A stretch of DNA of 59,382 nucleotides, the filler included, from Basidiobolus ranarum (taxonomy: Eukaryota), in NCBI GenBank assembly GCA_040143965.1. It is 7 parts of 7 records of this genome, joined end to end, with 100 filler letters (N's around TTAATTAATTAA, not from the genome) between each part and the next. Parts side by side here need not be neighbours in the genome. Positions count along the whole stretch, not along the records: positions 51,004 to 59,382 come from JASJQH010000977.1; 6 more parts are not named here. One strand, given 5' to 3'. Positions 51,060 through 59,382 of this stretch are shown in pieces (within the stretch, counting starts at the first letter, position 1; each line of letters starts with the position of its first letter). The notes beneath the pieces were generated by a model. That model ran no database searches. It was not told the origin of the DNA and worked only from the letters and a program-made list of their open reading frames with translations. A program made the position numbers and the translations under genes.

Positions 51060-51634
51060 ATCTTCCCGTAATTCCTATTCCACATTGTGCTTATACTCAC
51101 TAATGTCTATGCCTGCTCTTAACTTTTCAGGACTTGATTTTTTCAGTGATTTTGTTAGTAAATCGGCAAGCATATTTTTAGCATTACAATAAATAAAGTT
51201 CATTTCTTTATCTCAAACTTTCTCTTGAATAAGATGAAGTCTTATATCAATATGTTTCATCCTTGAGTGATGTTCAGGATTTATGGTGGTCTGAATACAG
51301 CTAACATTATCTGGATATACTAGGGTAGGATTAACTTGATCATATTGTAATTCCTTGAGGAGACTTTGTAGCCTTATAGCTTCTTGAACAGCCATAGAGC
51401 TTGCCATATACTTTGCTTCTGTAGTTGATAATGCAACAGTTTGTTGTTTCTAACTAATCCAACTTACTAGTCTACCAGCTAGCCTAAACCCATATCCAGT
51501 TCTGGATTTATGGCCTTCTGTATCATTGGCCCAATCTACATCAGCTTATTCTTCCAAACTAGTAGCATATTTTACTGCTTACTAAATTGAATTCCATAAT
51601 GTCTTGTTCCTGTCAGATAGCACATAGTCTATTT
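51060..51634 (-). mobile_element. Degenerate Ty1/copia RT-end/RNase H with polypurine tract
   Basis: YLTGTRHYGI...ADVDWAND...SRTGY...KQQTVALSTTEAKYMA...DNVSCI...HHSRMKHIDIRLH...MLADLLTK, then GGGAAGA and TATTGG (decayed LTR start). Confidence 0.9.
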
Positions 51635-51983
51635 TGTTGAAATTAGCATTGTCTAAATATCTATATAGTCATATATAGCTTAGTATTTAGTTACCCTATA
51701 TTTCACCAAGATATCACCCATTATTTAATATTGGAATTTACTTGGAATATTGATACCCACTTGGAAGTTCTCAGATATATAGATTCTTCAACCTTATGCT
51801 AGAAGCCCCAAACCTTACACACATGTTTATGAGACCTTCCTTAACACATTTTACATGTTAGTTTGTCTTCATCTTGACAAAACTATAAACATCAACTTTC
51901 AACTCAATAAATCAATAAGTGAAAACCACCAATTTCTCCATTTCTCCAAATCACCTACAACCAGTGACCAAAGTATTTTAGCA
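51635..51983 (+). mobile_element. Full-length solo LTR abutting the copia remnant
   Basis: TGTTGAAATTAGC...GTATTTTAGCA; no clear TSD. Confidence 0.8.
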
Positions 51984-52184
51984 ACTTTTATGTATATGAT
52001 TATTTCCCAAGTCAAGGCTCAAACATAAAATCAAATTTATCTAAGAAATGTTGTGGGATTATTTGTTACAGTAATGATAGTCAAGTATTATTTCACTGGG
52101 AGCCAACCATAATAGTCTTAGGCTTATTATGCTGTCCCATTTGACACTAATATAAATAATATTATGAAACAGTTCAACAAGTCA

Positions 52185-52488
52185 ATGAACTAGAAGAATT
52201 GATGGCTTGCACCTATTGATTTATTCAGTAGAAAGTTGATATTTACAGTTTGGTAAGATGTAGCAAACAAGCATGTAAAATGTGTTAAGGAAGGTCTCAG
52301 GAACATGTGTGCAAATTTCGGGGCTTCTAGCATAGGTGAAAAATCTATATTTCTGAGAACTTCTAAGTTGGTAAATACACTCAAAGTTCTGATTGAGAAT
52401 AGTGGGTGTTATCTTAGTTCAATATGGAATAACTAAATACTAAGCTATATAGGAATATATAGACATTTATACTATGCTTATTTCAACA
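52185..52488 (-). repeat. Solo-LTR family copy, 3'-truncated
   Basis: Starts TGTTGAAATAAGCAT at 52488 (-). Confidence 0.8.
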
Positions 52489-53232
52489 TAGTCCACATGG
52501 TGACTTCACTGCTTCAGATATTTCCAACAAAGCATTCAGATGGTGTATAGGTCTGAATATTACCAATCTTATCATTGAGCTCAGATGGGATTATTTATGA
52601 GAGACACGATAAATCAAGGGTTAAGTATTGACATCATAGATTAAGTTTATTTGAGACATAATGGTTAAATATCAATGGGATACTGAAGTACGCACAATGC
52701 TTATAGCCAATTAAAGTAGATTCAATTTAATTATATACTTAAGCACACTTAACCCTATACGAAATTGTAATGTCGCACCACATGACATGCTAAATGAGGG
52801 ATATGCTGTAGAGAACTCATTCGATGTTGGCGGTTATCTGAGACAGATGGATATTCATTTGACACGATTATTTAATCAATCAGAACGTTTATTGAGCATA
52901 AATCATGGTTGTTTCCAAATAAGGGAACGGTTGAATATTGAGAATATGAAACTGCTTTCAACCGGCTTTGGGATATTCCTGCATCTGCATAGAGACACTT
53001 AAAGGTACTTGGAATCACAACATTTGGTCAACAAATTTGGTTCCTAGTTTCCCAAGTTGTAATAGCTTCGATATACCTCAATTCTCTTGGTACCACATTT
53101 CGTTTCATCTAAATCCCCCTTTATGGTATAAATATAGTGGGGATTTCATTCAGTGTTCTCTTTGATTAGTATTGTTTAGTTCCTTTTAATCACACTTTCC
53201 TTTTTTACCCTAAATAACGTAGAGCTGGCTCT

Positions 53233-54888
53233 ATGAAGTATACTTCTTTAATTGTTAGTGTTTTCGGTGCCTTCTTCTGCGCCTTCTTCTGCCTTACAAT
53301 ATCTACTACTGTTTCCTCTGGGGTAGTTCGAACCAATCAGTAAGCAGCATAAGACCATACCAATGAATGATTATTGTTAACCATTCCTGTAGATGTTTAG
53401 ATATATCTTGTCAAGGAAGCTTGCTTCGTAGGGGCCATAACGATGATGATGAGAATTCCCACGATGACGATGATGACGACGACTCCAATTCTGACGACGA
53501 TTCAGGTGAAGGGGATGATGATGATGATGATACTCATATTAAACCAACTCCAACTCGATCAACCACGTCGACTATAAACCATCATGAGGGTTCAACTCTT
53601 CACACCCCAACACCAGCTATTTCCACCCTTTGGGACGAGGAAGGGAACGCTTTTGTTTTTTCTTCACACCTTCTAATTCCAACCATTTCCACCGTAAGGA
53701 ATGAGAACGGTGCTTCAGTTATCATCACCCCTACTCCATCGATTAAAACTCTCTGGGATGAAGATGGAAATGAAGTCACATATACAAGTAGTACTGTCCC
53801 CATTTCTGAACCAACTGAGCTTGTTGCTACGGAACAACCCACAAATATTGGCTTACCTGTTAGTCAACCTACTGATGCCGAATCCATCGAACAACCCACA
53901 AACATTGGTGTACCTGTTGATCAGCCTACCGATTCCGGTGAAATTCCTTCTGAAACCTCAGCTCCAGTTCCGGAAACTAAGAATAGTGCCACCCTTTCAT
54001 CTCTCGGAAGTCTTGATGCTGATAATAATGGAAACTCATCCACATCCAATAATCCACCCAACTTTCCGGTAATCATTGGTGGTTCAATTGGTGCTCTTGT
54101 ACTTGTGATTGGTATCGGGGGATTTGTTGGCTACCGTTTCGTTAATAATCGTCGTCAAGCCAAATGGTTGCCATCAGAACAAAACCGAGATACAAAAGGT
54201 ACAGTGATTTAAACCTCATTAGTTCCGTTCTGTTTGTTAACACTATTTTATAAGGATTTTCCGATTTGAAAGAAGTGACAGAAATTGCTGCGAACTCACC
54301 TGGTATGAACACTGCGATGCCTTTTCAGCATCAATCGGTTATTTCTACAGTTCCTCCCCTGATTATCCGCCAATCATTTGTTTCTACTCAAAGCTCCATA
54401 CCCTCCCCTGTGCCGTTGGCTATCAGACGGAATAGTGCAAACAGTGGTCTATATGTTCCATCTTTTGCACACCCTGCTAGAAGCAGTACCCAGAGTTCAG
54501 TTGGAGTCCGGGAATCAGTCTTGGAAGGTGAATATATATAGATATACAATGATGAATCTACAATTTGAACATGAACTGAAATATCTTCCATTTCTTAGAA
54601 ACCTTCATTGTAGGTTTTACGGATTTTGAGGAACCTCCAATCGACACGAATATTTCAATGAGTACTAATATACCCAATATTGCTATTGAGGAGCCATTGT
54701 TTGTGATGACTGCACTTCTACCATTCATGCCACAACGACCCAATGAAATGCTGGTTCAATCTGGCGATGAAATTGTGATCACTGAAGAAGTAGGTGAAGA
54801 ATGGCTAGGAGGATATAATCAATCTCGTGACCCCAATACCAAAGGTTATTTCCCTAGAACCTGTGTTACTGGAACCAAATTCATGTGA
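53233..54888 (+). CDS. Type I membrane protein: signal peptide, acidic and S/T/P-rich ectodomain, TM, C-terminal SH3; 4 exons
   Basis: Introns 53340-53392, 54199-54254, 54528-54613; TM VIIGGSIGALVLVIGIGGFVGY; SH3 ALLPF.P....E..VQSGDEI.......W..G.N......GYFPRTCV. Confidence 0.85.
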
Positions 54889-55154
54889 AAATATCCCCCA
54901 ATCGGATTGTTTATGTATTTCCCTCACATTCCCCTGTTGTCTTGATAGTTTTGCTTTGTATTTATTAACAAGTAAATAAATACCATAATATTTCTTACTT
55001 TAATCGTTAAGAAGGGAAGAAATACCTGCGTTCAGCCTTCATAAAAGTCCATTATTGCATGGAAATAGAGATATTAACATAATGGTTGGTATATACAGAG
55101 TTATTAAGTCTGAAAGTGAGGTTATAATAAAAATAAACGGCCTACAAGGCATAT

Positions 55155-57143
55155 TTACGATGGAACAGCTTCGGATTTTCCGTTCACAGGAATATGTAAC
55201 ATGACGTTCGTTTCATTACGGGATTTAGCATTATCAGGGAGTTTGTCAATTTTCTCGGTAATAGTACCATTTTTCTTGACACTTTGCGATAGCTCGTTAA
55301 ATTTGATGCATAATTCGCGGGTATCTGATAATGCTTGCTCAATATGCTTTACAAGTTTCTTTGGTTGCATATTCACGAGAGCAGTACAATTAAAGTGTAT
55401 CGATCTTTCACGAATCATGTAGGCAAGGCCAAAGCCATCTGGAACAACTTCACCCCAGCCATACTGGTCAAACAAATCATCGGAGATTTGTGATGTCGAT
55501 AGATACCAATGGGAAGTGCGTTCATAGCTTGCATCCGAAAAGATCTCTGGCTTTGGTTCATCTTGTTCTACCAAGAATCGAAGACCCAGAAGGTGACGGT
55601 CGACTCCTCGTCCTTCCACTGCTTCCAGGGTGTATTCCGAGTGTTTCTTGACTGCTTTCTGAAGGAGATTTGCTTTCTCAGTTACAGTCTTGGTGTCATC
55701 ACACATCGCTTTCACCCATTCTACCGATTCGGTGGATACTGTACGACAGGTCTCAGTTCTACCATACGCATACTTGCGTGTGGCTGCTGATTCGTAAGTA
55801 GCCTTGCAAACACCAAACATCTTGTAGTAGGCCAATTGAATGGCCATTTGTACATAGGCGTCAGGGCTCATCTTGAACTTCTTGACCAATCCTTTACCAT
55901 ACAAATCATACTCCATAGATCCTAACGAGTGAGCATTCACTTCCTTATTAAAGAGCATCTCTGCCTCTTTGATGGCTTCAAGAATCTTTGGAACTGACTT
56001 GATAGGGAAATAAAGGGTCGCTTTTTCAGGTGCTTTGTAGGTAATTCCAGAGGGTTTGGGTAATGCTTGCTTGGCCGATCTCTCAATAGCAAAATGGCAC
56101 ATACGTGCAGTAACAGTACCGTCCATACGAGAATGTTCTCCATTGAATCCAGCCATTCCATTACTAAACACTATGATTTGAAAGTTCTTGTCATAGAATC
56201 TGTTCTTTCCAGTACCATGCCAGCAACCACGAGCAAACTCTTCTCCCGTGCTAGGTGCGTAATCCTCCAAAGACAAAAGAAACATTGCAGTCTCGAGTTT
56301 ATGCATTGTTTCCTTGTTCGAGGGATGAGCCTCGATAATCATCTTTCTGTTTTCTGCCCATTTATCACGGTTGGTAGTAGTTAAAATACCAAATGCAGGG
56401 TCGTCAGATTCATCAGCTAATGCCATGATGGCCGACAACTGGCTCATGATGTCATTGGTTGTGAGTTGTGTGCCGTCTGGGCGGACTGTATCGAAGATGT
56501 AGAACTGCCCTTTACGGACTACGGCAAGATGGTTGTTAGTCTCATAGTCATACGACTCTGCATGATCTTCAGGCGAGTCTGGGAAACGGCACGAGTTGAA
56601 CATATAGTTGTACTGGCTGGTGCAGAATGGAACGTCTCTTGCACAGTCTGGCTCTAGCTGACGGGAAACCACATCTTGTCGAAACTCCATGATGGCTTTC
56701 ACTAGGCCTGCAGCCCTTTGCAATTGGTTAGGGCGTCTTGGGTCGTCACGGAAGCCAAAGAAATAGTTGACATAGAAGGTCAGCGAGTCACGGTAAGCGA
56801 AGTAGGCGTATTCGTTCCACCACTCATGTAACCAACTAGTTGTGGAAGTAGCAGCACGAGCAAGTAGTCTTCTTTGTAAGAGCTCACCTTGACCTCCAGC
56901 TTTGCCAAACTCATGAACAGCTTTCTCTGTATACTGGTATTCCTCATCGCTTAATAAAGGTCTAACTGATTGGAGGTAGCGCTCTAGTGTAGTTTCTAGA
57001 TCTGGCACTGGTAATCGTGGCAGAATCTTCTGCCCTTTATCCATTGGGGCGATAGAGTCATACTTTAGTACTGGTTCAGAATTTGGAAAAGTTTGCCCTA
57101 GAGGGCGAAAACCCATCAATCTGGAGAATAAACTGTAAGGCAT
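55155..57143 (-). CDS. Carnitine O-acetyltransferase family protein, intronless, 662 aa
   Basis: LPRLPVPDL, SWLHEWW, NRFYDK, catalytic GEHSRMDG, TYESA.TR....GRTE, GVDRHLLGL, LSTSQ, GWGEVVPDGFG. Confidence 0.95.
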   Translation of the reverse strand: MPYSLFSRLMGFRPLGQTFPNSEPVLKYDSIAPMDKGQKILPRLPVPDLETTLERYLQSVRPLLSDEEYQYTEKAVHEFGKAGGQGELLQRRLLARAATSTTSWLHEWWNEYAYFAYRDSLTFYVNYFFGFRDDPRRPNQLQRAAGLVKAIMEFRQDVVSRQLEPDCARDVPFCTSQYNYMFNSCRFPDSPEDHAESYDYETNNHLAVVRKGQFYIFDTVRPDGTQLTTNDIMSQLSAIMALADESDDPAFGILTTTNRDKWAENRKMIIEAHPSNKETMHKLETAMFLLSLEDYAPSTGEEFARGCWHGTGKNRFYDKNFQIIVFSNGMAGFNGEHSRMDGTVTARMCHFAIERSAKQALPKPSGITYKAPEKATLYFPIKSVPKILEAIKEAEMLFNKEVNAHSLGSMEYDLYGKGLVKKFKMSPDAYVQMAIQLAYYKMFGVCKATYESAATRKYAYGRTETCRTVSTESVEWVKAMCDDTKTVTEKANLLQKAVKKHSEYTLEAVEGRGVDRHLLGLRFLVEQDEPKPEIFSDASYERTSHWYLSTSQISDDLFDQYGWGEVVPDGFGLAYMIRERSIHFNCTALVNMQPKKLVKHIEQALSDTRELCIKFNELSQSVKKNGTITEKIDKLPDNAKSRNETNVMLHIPVNGKSEAVPS

Positions 57144-59036
57144 CTTGAATTATAGCAACTGATAGGATAATGAATGTGAAAAGAACTTAAAGAAGGAAAA
57201 GGGAGCGTAGATCGTCATTCACTAGCTTAGTTTTATACGCTCCCCTAAATCCCATGTGAATTCTTGTTTGTACAATGTTCCTCACAAGACTACTATTCCA
57301 TAATTTTACTTGTCATATTTAATTTGTCCTACAAACCAGAGTGAAATTGCGGTTATTTTAAGCCAAACAGTGTACGTGGATTAGAACATGCGACCTCCAT
57401 CAATTTCAGCTAATCATTACAACGTTCAAGTGAAAATATGGATTTCCATTCCCTCGCACATCATTTCATCGTACATCGCTTAAATATAACGCTGTGAAAT
57501 GGGTAAATTCCTATAACAGCTCCATATATGTGGAGATGTCACGTCACTCGGATGAATGTGAGAAAATATTACAAAGTTTAGATTTTAAGTTACTCTGAAT
57601 AGGTGGTGGTATATTGAATGATGTATGCTAGTAAGCAGACTTGAATGGCGTTCCTGGTTTAGTTTGCACCCTTCATATATGTTGGAGTCTGCATTCCGTG
57701 GTATTTATATATTAAGGTTTTGTCATGCTACTTTGTGACACTCATGTTGTTTACTGCAATGGAAGTCTTGTGATTTACTTGGGTCAAGGGTGAAAATTTA
57801 CGGGAGGTATTGAGGCGTTTAGATGCTCGGTGATTATGACCGAGTCATTAGGGTTAGGTCATCGTGATATGATTAAAAGTCAAGAACCATACACGGAAGT
57901 TGGAGTGGAGTGAACAAGTCATGTCTCGGTAAAAATAGAGGTAGTATGTCCTATGGATGGTGTAGAGATGGCCCTCTTCCAGATTGCTGATTCTATAGAA
58001 ATCATTCAATCCATAATCATGTGATTATCAATATATTCACACACTGAGGAAGAGAAGCTTGTGATTCATTGCTATTCGTGATCATTGGATGAATCTAGAC
58101 CCACACCATATCGTCCCATCCTAACCCTCGGAACCTCTCCAAGGAATTATCTGAGATTCGATCATTGAATATTATCTGGAGACTCACAAAATCAATCCGA
58201 TCGATTAATCAGATCAGCCACCACTGCCTATATCATCTCCGAAACATCCATGGACATAACTAGCAAGCTCACGGATACCCTTAATCTCATCTTCTCTTTA
58301 GTTTGATTATATGACCAGAAGAATTCAACCGATATACTTGCTTTCGGTGAAACAATCAGGGCCTGCTCACTAACTAGTAAAGTTGCCGATAGTTTCACAC
58401 ATTTCCTTGAGTGAAGAACTGGTTGATCGAATTGAATATAACTTACTTATAGTTAGGGTCGAAGTTTCCCTTTTCGGTTCATGGATAGCGTCAACGTTGG
58501 ACAACGTATTGAAAGGGAGCATGTGATATTTGCACATGAAATTGAATCTATTTCCTTTTTAAAAAGCATTTTCATCTCCCGCATTCGTGCCAGTCAATCA
58601 ACCCATCCCTTCAGCAATTCCACCTGGGACATAGCAAGTGGCCCCGGAGGAAGCGTGTGCAAAAAAGAAGGATTGAGCAAAACGATCATGAAACCGGAGA
58701 TGAGTGACACTAGGATTTATCCGATGAGAAATATGATCTAAGATTTTGATAATGAAGACACCGAAGAACTACTAATGGAAATATTGCTGTCAGAAGGTCA
58801 TGTTGTTGTATCTCTAAGCACAGAAGGAATTCCATTAAAAATGGTTGCAATATATCTTACACAACATAGTAATTTTCTTTATCGAGCGAGGCGTAGATCA
58901 CATTGTTCCTACTCTCAGTTTTTACTTAAATATCCCTTCTTCTTGACAATATTTACTCAGTTTCTCAATCTCATATCCTCTTGGAAGTTCTCTACTTTTC
59001 CTTTTCTTGTCCAAAAATTGATCTTATCCCGGAAAA

Positions 59037-59382
59037 ATGCCATACAGTTTATTCTCAAGATTGATGAGTTTTCATCCCTTAGGGTACTCTTCTGCTAAGT
59101 CAGAACCTGAACTTAAGATTGATAACATTACCCCTATGGACAAAGGACAAAGAGAACTACCAAAGTTGCCAGTTCCTGATCTACAAGAAACTCTAGAGCG
59201 CTATCTCCGTTCAGCAAAGCCTCTGTTAACAGAAGAAGAATACAAAATAACTGAACAATCAGTAAGAGAGTTTGGTAAAGCTGGAGGTCAAGGTGAGCTC
59301 TTACAAAGAAGACTACTTGCTCGTGCTGCTACTTCCACAACTAGTTGGTTACATGAGTGGTGGAACGAATACGCCTACTTCG
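59037..59382 (+). CDS. Second carnitine O-acetyltransferase paralog, 5' part only
   Basis: MPYSLFSRLMSFHPLG...LPKLPVPDLQETLERYL...SWLHEWWNEYAYF, open to the window end. Confidence 0.92.
   Translation, partial: MPYSLFSRLMSFHPLGYSSAKSEPELKIDNITPMDKGQRELPKLPVPDLQETLERYLRSAKPLLTEEEYKITEQSVREFGKAGGQGELLQRRLLARAATSTTSWLHEWWNEYAYF

Overview
Eukaryotic nuclear DNA from a fungus, probably early-diverging. Short 53-100 nt introns, chitin deacetylases, a proteinase K-type subtilisin and U12-type introns suggest something like Zoopagomycota/Basidiobolus (inference only). The window is not one locus: it is seven size-sorted contigs of about 8.4 kb joined by artificial N44-TTAATTAATTAA-N44 linkers. About 20 genes can be reconstructed by hand, including a C2H2 transcription factor, a hidden 5-exon divergent cyclin, an SGNH-like protein lacking catalytic residues, an F-box protein, a chitin deacetylase plus a pseudogene paralog, DUF2015, RPS11, an aldo-keto reductase, CCP1, SmF, subtilisin, ceramide synthase, ASCC2/Cue3, TAF13, RPL28(uL15), an SH3 type-I membrane protein and two head-to-head carnitine acetyltransferases. 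Repeat content comprises nine copies of a ~345 bp solo-LTR family, copia and gypsy-type remnants and a nad4 NUMT. Most notable: (1) two minor-spliceosome (U12) introns, one AT-AC and one GT-AG, in the divergent ASCC2/TAF13 pair; (2) repeats nearly devoid of CpG that also show CpA->TpA changes, a RIP-like signature; (3) an unannotated 53-aa secreted peptide precursor with a Kex2 site; (4) an abrupt 106-nt tract of perfect identity between inverted paralogs; (5) an intronic stem in RPL28. All analysis was by eye and no database searches were run.
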